DNA from: Cyanobacteria bacterium P01_D01_bin.156 | GTDB lineage: Bacteria; Cyanobacteriota; Cyanobacteriia; Phormidesmidales; Phormidesmidaceae | DNA: 28,787 nt | Direction of reading: 5' to 3' | NCBI GenBank assembly: GCA_039024555.1 | Contig: JBCCQQ010000072.1 | Coordinates: 1-28,787 of the forward strand | Notes under the pieces: generated by a model | What the model was told of the DNA's origin: nothing | The model's input: the letters and a program-made list of their open reading frames with translations, nothing else | The model's database searches: none | Position numbers and translations under genes: made by a program | In this document: piece after piece, positions 1-8,654 of the stretch | Numbering within the stretch: the stretch's first letter is position 1 | Layout: each line of letters opens with the position of its first letter

Positions 1-22
1 CGGGAGAAGGTTGTCGGTACAT
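1..22 (-). CDS. IS5-family transposase, N-terminus only (MYRQPSP...)
   Basis: ATG at 22-20 on the minus strand gives MYRQPSP, matching the MYR-x(4)-GQL type start I recall for cyanobacterial IS5 transposases. Only 7 codons are visible. Confidence 0.65.
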
Positions 23-138
23 TTCCCGAAGTAGGTGCAAGGGTTGTGAGCATTTTAGCTAGTTTCCCATGCACTTAAGCACGTCGCAATAGATTGAAAC
101 CCTTGCAAAATCTGGGTGCCTGACTTTAACAGCAAACC
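1..138 (-). mobile_element. IS5-family insertion sequence, left end (partial, runs off window)
   Basis: The minus strand reads ttag|GGTTTGCTGTTAAAGTC..., resembling IS5-subgroup terminal repeats beside a YTAR-type target (CTAA 139-142). It is followed by a transposase-like start, and homology to the protease paralog stops abruptly at ~139. Confidence 0.8.
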
Positions 139-906
139 CTAACTAGCACAGAGGTAAAAGCCCGATCAAGAAGAACTACGCCACTTGATTTATTCCGGCG
201 TTCAGATCAGATAGGTAGCAATGTTGAACTAAGAGCTGGAGCAGCAAATTACTTTTCAATAGATAACGGGGAAACGAAAAAACATGAATTTGCTCGTGGC
301 AATGAAAACATTGGCAACGGCTCAGATGGCTACCAGGCTAGTCATTGGAAATATCAAGGTAGTGGTGCCTCAGGAATTATGGGTCCTGTCATTCATCTGG
401 GTGAACGGCGTAATGTTCATTGGATGGACCGGTTAGTTCTAGATACCATTGGTTGGGATCGAAAAATGTCTCCTTCTCCTCTCAATTTTAGCGTCTTAGA
501 AGATCAAGCTGAGGCAAAATTAGCAAAGAAACTGGGTAGCACAGTGAGCTGGCTAAACTCAAATGAAGACAGAGCTGCATATCTGCTAGCTGGTACCGAC
601 ATAAACCTACTGGCAGATATGGCAGCTGAAAGCGATGCATTTTATCAACTCTTTGGTACTAATAATCTTGGACGTGCTGGCTGGTGGCAACTCTTTAAGG
701 ATCTTGGCTATGGTGGTTGGTGGCAGGAATATGTTGCTAATGATGCCTACGGACAAAAAGCTTATTTCTCTACTTTGGAAGAGCCTGCTGAAGCTAAAGA
801 CGTGCCAGAACCAACATCATGTATGGGTTTAGTGAGTCTTGCTGTATTTGGCTTCTTGGGAAAATGTAGCAAAGTATCAAAACTAAAGTTGCGTATATTC
901 TCCTAG
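139..906 (+). pseudogene. 3' fragment of IS-interrupted PEP-CTERM zinc metalloprotease (NF038122-like)
   Basis: The frame of ORF 379-906 is open back to an in-frame TAA at 127-129. From 139 it reads LTSTEVKARSRRTTPLDLFRRSD...GNGSDGYQASHW...GIMGP, collinear with the downstream paralog, and ends in VPEP + TM helix + basic tail. Signal peptide and HEXXH are missing. Confidence 0.85.
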
Positions 907-929
907 GGGAGTTGCGTATATTTCCCTAA
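887..929 (+). promoter_or_regulatory. Tandem direct repeat upstream of the second protease gene, candidate transcription-factor sites
   Basis: AGTTGCGTATATTCTCCTAG (887-906) and AGTTGCGTATATTTCCCTAA (910-929); 13-bp exact core, 23-bp period. Confidence 0.45.
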
Positions 930-1097
930 ACCCTCTGTATTGGCTAGTAGAAGACAGCCTTTAATTTTGGTATATATTTATCGCATCTTTAGATGCTTTC
1001 TCCGGTTGTACGCCTTACAACGGCTACATTAGGAATACATCAGACACAAAGTATTCTCTTGCTGCGAGCAGCTATTGTCACTTCTACCAGACCCTGT

Positions 1098-2537
1098 ATG
1101 AACTTCATTAAGCGTATGTCTAGCTGCTGGACCGTTCCAGCCCTTGCTTCCAGTTTTTGCCTAGTTGTACAAGCCCCCTCTCAAGCACTGCAATTTAATT
1201 TCTCTTACGAGGAGGGTACACCCTATGAGCAAATGCTTGGGTTTAAGGTAGCAGGTGATTGGTGGTCTTCTTACATAACTGATGATGTCACGGTTAACAT
1301 TCATGTTGGCACCTCTAACAATCTACCTAAAAATGTTGTTGGTAGTGCCTTACCTGGCATGCATGCCTTCGATTACTTTGGCTCATATCGATATCGACTG
1401 GAGCAAGACGTTTCGTCTGACCTTGACCAAAGTGCTGTTTCGGTAGGTTTACCAGGTCATCGCAATGCTCAAGGTGGTGGTTACTACAAAGGGCAATTAG
1501 AAGGTGCTACTAAGAATGCTCACAGGATATCCCTAACGAAGGCAAATGCTAAAGCTGTTGGTCTACCAGGGAGTAACAGCACAGGTTTAGACGGAATGAT
1601 CATGATGAGTGATTTAAATAATAGTCGATACCGTTGGAACTATGATTTTGATCGTTCTGGAAACATTGACAACAAGTCTGTAGATTTCTTGAGTGTTGCT
1701 GTCCATGAAATTGGTCATGTACTTGGTTTTGTCAGTTCCTTTGATACAGTTACAGCTAAAGACAGTGACTTAACCAGTTCAGAAATAAAAGAACGGCTCA
1801 ATCGTACCACCCCGCTTGATCTATTTCGACGCTCATCTGAAAGCGCTGAAGGCAATGTTGCTGAACTTAGGGCCGGTAAGTCTTCCTATTTATCGGCAGA
1901 TAATGGCACGACGAGAATGGCTAATTTTGCTCGTGGCAACAGAGATATTGGCAACGGCTCAGACGGATACCAGGCTAGTCACTGGAGACATCGGTCAAGT
2001 GGTTATACAGGAATTATGGGACCGGCTATTCAGACAGGCTCCAGGTTTAGTATTAAGAGCCTAGATCTAAAGGCCATGGATATTATTGGCTGGGATCTAA
2101 ATACATCTACCGCTCGCAATCCTAATGATAAGAATCTCAGTCTTCTGGAACAGCAAGCGAAGGAGAGTCTTGCCCAGGAACTAGGTAAAAGTATTAGTTG
2201 GTTAAACAACAACAAGAGTAAAGCTGCTAGTTTATTGGCGGACAGCGATGCTGATCTTTTGGCTGATATAACTGCTGACAGCGATGAGTATTATCAACTC
2301 TTTGGTGCTAGTACTCTTGGGAGTGGTGGCTGGTGGCAACTATTTAAAGATCTTGGCTATGCCGGCTGGTGGCAGGAATATGTTGCAAATGATGCCTACG
2401 GTCAAAAAGCCTATTTCTCTACTCTGGAAGCCCCTGTTGAGGCTAAAGATGTACCAGAACCAACTACATTTCTAGGTTTGCTGGGACTAACTGCATTTAG
2501 TTTATTGGGACAACATGCAGTAAAAAGATCTCACTAA
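1098..2537 (+). CDS. Secreted PEP-CTERM zinc metalloprotease (NF038122-like)
   Basis: Signal-peptide-like N-terminus ending SQA|LQFNFSY; HEIGH zinc motif (1704-1718); downstream SHW and GIMGP (putative third His and Met-turn); C-terminal VPEPTT + hydrophobic helix + KR. The start is more likely ATG 1098 than 993. Confidence 0.85.
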   Translation: MNFIKRMSSCWTVPALASSFCLVVQAPSQALQFNFSYEEGTPYEQMLGFKVAGDWWSSYITDDVTVNIHVGTSNNLPKNVVGSALPGMHAFDYFGSYRYRLEQDVSSDLDQSAVSVGLPGHRNAQGGGYYKGQLEGATKNAHRISLTKANAKAVGLPGSNSTGLDGMIMMSDLNNSRYRWNYDFDRSGNIDNKSVDFLSVAVHEIGHVLGFVSSFDTVTAKDSDLTSSEIKERLNRTTPLDLFRRSSESAEGNVAELRAGKSSYLSADNGTTRMANFARGNRDIGNGSDGYQASHWRHRSSGYTGIMGPAIQTGSRFSIKSLDLKAMDIIGWDLNTSTARNPNDKNLSLLEQQAKESLAQELGKSISWLNNNKSKAASLLADSDADLLADITADSDEYYQLFGASTLGSGGWWQLFKDLGYAGWWQEYVANDAYGQKAYFSTLEAPVEAKDVPEPTTFLGLLGLTAFSLLGQHAVKRSH

Positions 2538-2570
2538 CATATCCAACTCAAACACCCACCGAGCCAAAAC

Positions 2571-4481
2571 CTAGATTTCTAAAATTGAAGCTGGAGCTAC
2601 TCTATTATAAGCTCCCAAATAACGTGAATCCTTTTGATGTGTGGGAACATCACAATTAACCTGCGCAGGTAATTTAATGATGAATTTAGCCCCTTGTCCT
2701 GGGTCAGATTCACAGGTTAAATAGCCACTGTGGGTTTCTGTAACAATTTGATAGCTAATCGATAACCCTAAGCCAGTTCCCTTTCCTACAGGTTTATTGG
2801 TATAGAAGGGGTCAAATAATTGACTTCGCACAATATCTGTCATACCGGGACCATTATCACTAATTTCAATTACAACCCATCCATCATATGAAGCAAAGGT
2901 AGAAACAGTTATTTTAGGATTCTCTTGAGGAGAAAACTCTTCTAACGCATCAATGGCGTTAACAAAGATATTCATAAATACTTGATTGAGTTGTCCTGCA
3001 TAGCATTCAATCTTTGGTAATGGACCATAGTTTCGGATAATTTCAATGCCGGAGAAGTCCTGGGTTGAACGTAATCGACTGTTTAAGATCGTAAGTGTAC
3101 TATCGAGACCCTCGTGAATATCTACGTGTTTAACAACAGCTTCATCCAATCGGGAAAACGTTCGTAAAGATGCAACAATTTCACTGATTCTTAGGGATCC
3201 CTCTTTCATAGATTGAACCATTCTTGGAAAGTCTTCTCTTACAAAGGTAAGTTCAATCTCATTAGTGAATTTCTGAATTTCTGATTTGGGTTCAGGATAG
3301 TGCTGCTGATAAAGGTCAATAAGTCTAACCACATCGTTAAAATATGCGATCGCATATTGAATATTGCCATGGATAAAGCTGATAGGGTTATTGATTTCAT
3401 GGGCAATGCCAGCTACCATTTGGCCTAGACTAGACATTTTTTCACTTTGCACCAGTTGAAGCTGAGTTTTTTGCAACTCACTAAGGGTATGCTGCAAATC
3501 TTCTGTTTGTTGGCGTAAACATAGTTCAGACTGTTGTAACGCTTCCGTTCTTTCTGCAACACGGTCTTCCAATGTCTGGCGAGATTCTTCCAGCTCCATT
3601 GTATATTGGCCTGCCCAACTGACAAGTTGATTAAGGGCTTGTGCCAATAATGAAACCTCATCTTGCGTCTGAACAGAAGCTTGTAACTGGAAATTATTCT
3701 CCTGAGTCACCTGCTGAGCAACCTGGGTTAGCTGCTCAACTGGACTGGCAATGGCTCGGCTGGTGACTATGGCTAAAATAATAGCAATGGCAATAGATAT
3801 GGCCATGCTACTTAAAATGATTAAACGCTGTAATTTTTCTGCTCTCTGTAATTGAACTCCAGATTGGATATGTTGATGCTCAACCATCTGCCGTAGCCGA
3901 GTTAAATCTTCGGAAAGTTGTTCAAAAGCAATAAACAGTTCATGCGCTTCAGAACCACTTAAATCAGCAGCAATAATTTGTAGTGTAATTGCTTTGTTAT
4001 CAACTCCGTTTAAGTCTAGCCAAAGGTTTTGGACAAAGGTTTCATATCTGCGCAAATTTTGATGATAGTTGCTAAGCAACAGAAACATTTGAGCATCCGG
4101 TGTTTCTATCCCTTGGGTAAGCTGTTCAATCTCTTCTATTAAGTTCCAAAGCTGACGCAGTTCTGTATTGAACTGATTTGTCTCATACTGTACCCAAATT
4201 CGACTTTCTCCTGCGACCGCAAGTAGCCTTTGGGGATGTAACTGAATACTTAAAAAGTGATTATTAAATTCATTCAGCAGCTGTTTTTTATTTAGTGTGT
4301 ACTGTGCTTGTTGACGAGCTGGTCGAGCCCCATAATAGCCACCTAATAAGCCTCCACTGGTTCCAATTACAGCTGTTCCTAAGGCTAGAGCATAACCAAA
4401 GCTGATCTTTTTAGCAATGCTCCGATTGATACCTATCCTGTTGTTGAGAGTATGAATCCTTAAAAACAATGTTTTAATCAT
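2571..4481 (-). CDS. Membrane sensor histidine kinase (2 TM, periplasmic helical domain, HAMP, HisKA, HATPase)
   Basis: H-box AGIAHEINNP, N-box LNQVFMNIFVNAIDA, G1 DNGPG, G2 GKGTGLGL; HAMP-like segment PVEQL...DEVSLLAQALN. Confidence 0.95.
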   Translation of the reverse strand: MIKTLFLRIHTLNNRIGINRSIAKKISFGYALALGTAVIGTSGGLLGGYYGARPARQQAQYTLNKKQLLNEFNNHFLSIQLHPQRLLAVAGESRIWVQYETNQFNTELRQLWNLIEEIEQLTQGIETPDAQMFLLLSNYHQNLRRYETFVQNLWLDLNGVDNKAITLQIIAADLSGSEAHELFIAFEQLSEDLTRLRQMVEHQHIQSGVQLQRAEKLQRLIILSSMAISIAIAIILAIVTSRAIASPVEQLTQVAQQVTQENNFQLQASVQTQDEVSLLAQALNQLVSWAGQYTMELEESRQTLEDRVAERTEALQQSELCLRQQTEDLQHTLSELQKTQLQLVQSEKMSSLGQMVAGIAHEINNPISFIHGNIQYAIAYFNDVVRLIDLYQQHYPEPKSEIQKFTNEIELTFVREDFPRMVQSMKEGSLRISEIVASLRTFSRLDEAVVKHVDIHEGLDSTLTILNSRLRSTQDFSGIEIIRNYGPLPKIECYAGQLNQVFMNIFVNAIDALEEFSPQENPKITVSTFASYDGWVVIEISDNGPGMTDIVRSQLFDPFYTNKPVGKGTGLGLSISYQIVTETHSGYLTCESDPGQGAKFIIKLPAQVNCDVPTHQKDSRYLGAYNRVAPASILEI

Positions 4482-4514
4482 CAGTGTAATAAATTCTTCA
4501 TCAGCTCTATCTGC

Positions 4515-5402
4515 TTATTCAATCGTTGAACCCTGACCAATGGCATGATAACTGTCGCGTAAGGTTTGATAGTCGATATCTTCAACAGATACAAGCTCTG
4601 AGTGTTTATATTTTTGATTGGCTTCGGAGGCTAAAAGCGCAGACATCAAAACACCTTGATGTTGGAGAATTTGTTTTCTCAACTCTGCTAGAAACTCCGG
4701 ACCTAAATTAGGGTTTGCCACCAATATATCAGGAGGTAAATTCTCACTGGTGGCAATCACTCGAATTTCAGTGCCTTCTAAACCAGGTTCTTTAACGTAC
4801 TCCAAATAACGACTATAGGAGTCAGCCCAAGCATCCACTTGGCCCGACCGTAACGCCTCAAACCCCTCAAGATTAAGCATCTGCACTTCATAGGCATCAG
4901 GGGCTACTCCAGCATCCAGCAGCATTTTCATAGGCACAATATGCCCAGATGTAGATCCCTCTGTACGCATAGCAATTTTTTTATTATTAAGCTCGCTCAG
5001 CTGATCGATTTCACCGTCAACGCGAGTCATAATCATTGATACATAGTTGGGACGGGTAATACCTACTATGGGAGCAGCATCTGCCCGAGCTCTGAGTAAT
5101 AGATATTCAGAAGGCCCCGCTAGGGCAAAATCTAGCTCATTTGCCAGGAATGCAGGGGCCGCAGCAGAGTAGTTTTCGACAGGAAAAAACTCCACGGGCA
5201 TTTGCAACACATCTGCTAATGCCTGTCGAAAATCCCCAAAGTCTTTCTGTAATACATCAAGACTGCTGAGATCAGTTACAGTGAATCGCAATTTACTCGG
5301 TCTTGGCAATGGTGAGTTAGGGCTATGTCCTGTGGCGTGAGTCAGGGCGCAGCCGCTCAGAAATAACAGACTATGCCCCAAAAAAAGACGTCGACCTATC
5401 AT
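4515..5402 (-). CDS. PhnD/PtxB-family (phosphate/phosphite/phosphonate) substrate-binding lipoprotein
   Basis: GSTSGH anion-binding motif, GPSEY, GQVDAW. The N-terminus MIGRRLFL...LSGC is a twin-arginine signal plus lipobox. ATG 5402 preferred over GTG 5429. Confidence 0.85.
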   Translation of the reverse strand: MIGRRLFLGHSLLFLSGCALTHATGHSPNSPLPRPSKLRFTVTDLSSLDVLQKDFGDFRQALADVLQMPVEFFPVENYSAAAPAFLANELDFALAGPSEYLLLRARADAAPIVGITRPNYVSMIMTRVDGEIDQLSELNNKKIAMRTEGSTSGHIVPMKMLLDAGVAPDAYEVQMLNLEGFEALRSGQVDAWADSYSRYLEYVKEPGLEGTEIRVIATSENLPPDILVANPNLGPEFLAELRKQILQHQGVLMSALLASEANQKYKHSELVSVEDIDYQTLRDSYHAIGQGSTIE

Positions 5403-5530
5403 GGCAGCTAGCAGCAGATTAGCATTCACTACTTATAGTGCCCACAACATAAATCAACTAAGCGCTCAGGCGTTGTTCAGCGACATGGCTAACACAGCAT
5501 AATGCTTCACACCATTCGAAAATCTACTGG

Positions 5531-6541
5531 TTAGCCTCCTATTTGAGACATTGTACGACTGTAGGCACCTGTAGTGCCAGATTCTCGCATTTTAAAGTTG
5601 ATGTCTGGCTTACTGTTCACCAAATCACCTACCTGGGTTCGAAGCTCATGGATAGATACTCCACTGCGTAGAGCTTCTCGCAAATTTAGTTGCCCAGTTT
5701 CATTTAACAAGCAGGGTCGAAGCCAGCCGTCCGCAGAGAGTCTCATACGGTTACAGCGATCGCAAAAACATTCAGACATTTGGCTAATAAATCCCAGAGT
5801 GCCTTGAGCTCCTGGGATCTTAAATACATCTGCTGGACCATTACCCCGCACATAAGATTCTTCCAACCCCCAGCGATCGCGAATCTGTTGCCGAATAGTC
5901 TCAGAATCTACCCATCCTTTATCAACAAAAAGATTGTCGTTGCCGATGGGCATAAACTCAATAAATCGCACATGCCAGCTGCGATCCAGCGTTAGTGCCG
6001 CCAGCTCTAACACTTCATGATCATTTACACCCGGAATCACAACAACATTAAGTTTAAGGGGAGAGAAGCCAACTTGATGAGCTGTTTGAATTCCCTGCCA
6101 AACCTTTTGCCAGCGCCGCTGAGATGACTCTTCTATCATTGATTCACGGGGCCTACCCACAATAGTTTCAAAGGTATGTGGCTGTAGCGAATCTAAGCTA
6201 ATGTTGATCCGTCGCAGACCAGCATTGTAAAGAGGTTGAGCAAGTTTATCTAACTTAAAGGCATTTGTCGTTAACGACAAATCTGTTGTCTCAGGTAAGT
6301 TAGCAATATCTTCAACGAGTTGCACAATGCCAGGACGTAAAAGAGGTTCCCCCCCTGTTAGCCGAAATTTTGTAAACCCAAGGGGGATAAAAACCCCCTT
6401 TAACAGAGTGATAATTTCGCTTGAAGATAGCCAAAACTCCTTCAACACATATTCTAGATCTGCTCCTTCTGGCATACAGTATACGCATTGAAAATTACAT
6501 CGGTCGATCAGGCTAATACGCAGATAATCAATAGAATTCAT
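5531..6541 (-). CDS. moaA: GTP 3',8-cyclase (molybdenum cofactor biosynthesis)
   Basis: [17 protein letters not shown] radical-SAM motif, [11 protein letters not shown]-terminal CDRCNRMRL...PCL cluster and terminal MSQIGG. Confidence 0.97.
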   Translation of the reverse strand: MNSIDYLRISLIDRCNFQCVYCMPEGADLEYVLKEFWLSSSEIITLLKGVFIPLGFTKFRLTGGEPLLRPGIVQLVEDIANLPETTDLSLTTNAFKLDKLAQPLYNAGLRRINISLDSLQPHTFETIVGRPRESMIEESSQRRWQKVWQGIQTAHQVGFSPLKLNVVVIPGVNDHEVLELAALTLDRSWHVRFIEFMPIGNDNLFVDKGWVDSETIRQQIRDRWGLEESYVRGNGPADVFKIPGAQGTLGFISQMSECFCDRCNRMRLSADGWLRPCLLNETGQLNLREALRSGVSIHELRTQVGDLVNSKPDINFKMRESGTTGAYSRTMSQIGG

Positions 6542-6958
6542 TATGTTTCAGAGGCCGCTCACACCTTATCCATAACGGCACGGGGGGTGCGCACCGTCTA
6601 TGCTTCAATGACCTCATTACATCCTAATGCTTATAACTTCTGTCAGGTTGGTTAAAGCTTGATATCCTTCCAAAGAATTGCGTTTCAACAGCTACCTCAA
6701 TCTATCAATAACGAATATTTTCGTTACTTATATAATGCTTCATTTGGTATCTGGTAGCTTAATTAATGAATTCCGACCGTCGTTTGCTACTCTAGTTAGA
6801 ATAATTTTTTAAAAACGCAAAGCCTAGTCGGCTGAATCCCCAGACTCATTTCTACCTAAATTATGCTTCAAGGGGTTTGGCAAACGGCCATTAACAACTT
6901 TTTCCCAGCATAATTATTTTCTAAATTTATTCGCCCATTTCAGCTTCAGGATCTATCC

Positions 6959-8572
6959 GTGACTGCTAAAACTCCCACAATTACTGATGCAGTATCTGCA
7001 AAACCATCCGAGTTCAACCGTCAGATGCTAATTATTCTCGACTTCGGTTCTCAATACTCTGAGTTAATTGCCCGTCGCATCCGTGAAACCCAAGTCTATT
7101 CAGAAGTACTCTCGTACCGTACGTCTGCAGAAAAGATTCGTCAGCTTAATCCTAAGGGGATCATTCTTTCTGGAGGTCCTAACTCTGTTTATGCGGCCAA
7201 TGCCCCCAAGTGTGATCCGGCCATCTGGGATTTAGGAATTCCTATTTTAGGTGTGTGTTACGGCATGCAGTTAATGGTGCAACAGCTGGGTGGTCAGGTG
7301 GAAACCGCTGAGCGGGGTGAGTATGGTAAAGCCTCCCTACACATTGATGACCCAACGGATCTACTGACGAATGTAGACCATGGTTCCACTATGTGGATGA
7401 GCCATGGTGATTCAGTGACTGCGTTACCTCAAGGTTTCGAAGTATTGGCCCACACTGAAAACACGCCCAGTGCTGCTGTGGCAGACCATGGGAGAGGGTT
7501 TTATGGGGTGCAGTTTCACCCAGAAGTGGTCCATTCTGTAAATGGACAGGCGTTAATTCGGAACTTTGTCTATCACATCTGTCGCTGTGAACCTACTTGG
7601 ACTACAGAAGTATTTGTGGAAGAGGCTATTCGTGAAGTTCGGGCAAAAGTCGGTGAAAAGCGAGTCCTCTTAGCACTATCCGGCGGTGTGGACTCTTCCA
7701 CCTTGGCATTTTTACTGCATCGAGCTATCGGTGACCAACTCACCTGCATGTTTATCGACCAGGGCTTTATGCGAAAAGGTGAACCTGAGCGGCTGGTGGA
7801 CTTTTTTGACAAGCAGTTTCACATCAAGGTGGAATACGTTCAGGCGCGCAAGCGTTTCCTAGAAAAAATTAAGGGCATTACGGATCCAGAAGAAAAGCGT
7901 AAACGCATTGGTCACGAGTTTATTCGTGTGTTTGAAGAAGAGTCCAAACGTTTAGGGCCTTTTGATTATCTAGCCCAGGGAACACTCTACCCGGATGTTA
8001 TCGAGTCTGCAGATACTAATGTTGATCCCAAAACCGGGGAGCGGGTGGCCGTCAAGATCAAGAGCCATCACAATGTTGGCGGCTTGCCCAAAGATTTGCA
8101 GTTCAAGCTGATCGAGCCTCTACGCAAGCTCTTTAAAGATGAGGTGCGTAATGTGGGGCGCTCTGTTGGGCTGCCTGAGGAAATTGTGCGTCGTCAGCCC
8201 TTCCCTGGTCCTGGTTTAGCCATTCGTATTTTGGGTGAAGTTACCGCTGAACGACTAAATATCTTGCGTGATGCTGACTATATTGTGCGCGAAGAAATCC
8301 GCAATCGTGGCCTTTATCATGACTTTTGGCAGGCCTTTGCTGTGCTGCTACCGGTACGCAGTGTCGGTGTAATGGGAGATCAGCGCACCTACGCACACCC
8401 AATTGTACTGCGATTTGTTAGCAGTGAAGATGGCATGACTGCCGACTGGTCGCGGCCCTCCTATGACTTGCTGGAGACGATTTCTAACCGCATCGTTAAC
8501 GAGGTAGATGGCGTTAACCGTGTGGTTTATGACATCACATCCAAACCCCCAGGAACCATTGAGTGGGAATAG
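6959..8572 (+). CDS. guaA: GMP synthase (glutamine-hydrolysing)
   Basis: [30 protein letters not shown]-loop, [11 protein letters not shown]-terminal [12 protein letters not shown] start. Confidence 0.99.
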   Translation: MTAKTPTITDAVSAKPSEFNRQMLIILDFGSQYSELIARRIRETQVYSEVLSYRTSAEKIRQLNPKGIILSGGPNSVYAANAPKCDPAIWDLGIPILGVCYGMQLMVQQLGGQVETAERGEYGKASLHIDDPTDLLTNVDHGSTMWMSHGDSVTALPQGFEVLAHTENTPSAAVADHGRGFYGVQFHPEVVHSVNGQALIRNFVYHICRCEPTWTTEVFVEEAIREVRAKVGEKRVLLALSGGVDSSTLAFLLHRAIGDQLTCMFIDQGFMRKGEPERLVDFFDKQFHIKVEYVQARKRFLEKIKGITDPEEKRKRIGHEFIRVFEEESKRLGPFDYLAQGTLYPDVIESADTNVDPKTGERVAVKIKSHHNVGGLPKDLQFKLIEPLRKLFKDEVRNVGRSVGLPEEIVRRQPFPGPGLAIRILGEVTAERLNILRDADYIVREEIRNRGLYHDFWQAFAVLLPVRSVGVMGDQRTYAHPIVLRFVSSEDGMTADWSRPSYDLLETISNRIVNEVDGVNRVVYDITSKPPGTIEWE

Positions 8573-8581
8573 GATTTGCTG

Positions 8582-8646
8582 TAGAACCCCGGTTTTTGAT
8601 TGGAGATGACTTAAATGTTATCCCAGGGGCAAAAACCGGGGTTCTA
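8582..8646. repeat. Inverted repeat between convergent genes (bidirectional terminator or small dispersed repeat)
   Basis: Perfect 17-bp arms TAGAACCCCGGTTTTTG (8582-8598) and CAAAAACCGGGGTTCTA (8630-8646) with a 31-nt spacer. Confidence 0.75.
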
Positions 8647-8654
8647 GCAAATGT

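Noticed and set aside
379..906. 175-aa ORF as a complete standalone PEP-CTERM protein
   Set aside because: It has no signal peptide, its Met is the internal GIMGP Met, and homology extends upstream to the IS junction.
635..2475. Two similar small ORFs (635-832 and 2284-2475) as a repeated peptide family
   Set aside because: They are off-frame shadows of the conserved 3' ends of the two protease paralogs.
3341..3358. Perfect 18-bp palindrome AATATGCGATCGCATATT
   Set aside because: It is a HIP1 octamer with chance flanking symmetry inside the kinase coding sequence.
6720..6958. Purine riboswitch upstream of guaA
   Set aside because: No purine-aptamer consensus (UA-UA...AUAUGG...GUUUCUACC...CCGUAAA...GACUA) can be assembled; only an isolated TTTCTACC is present.
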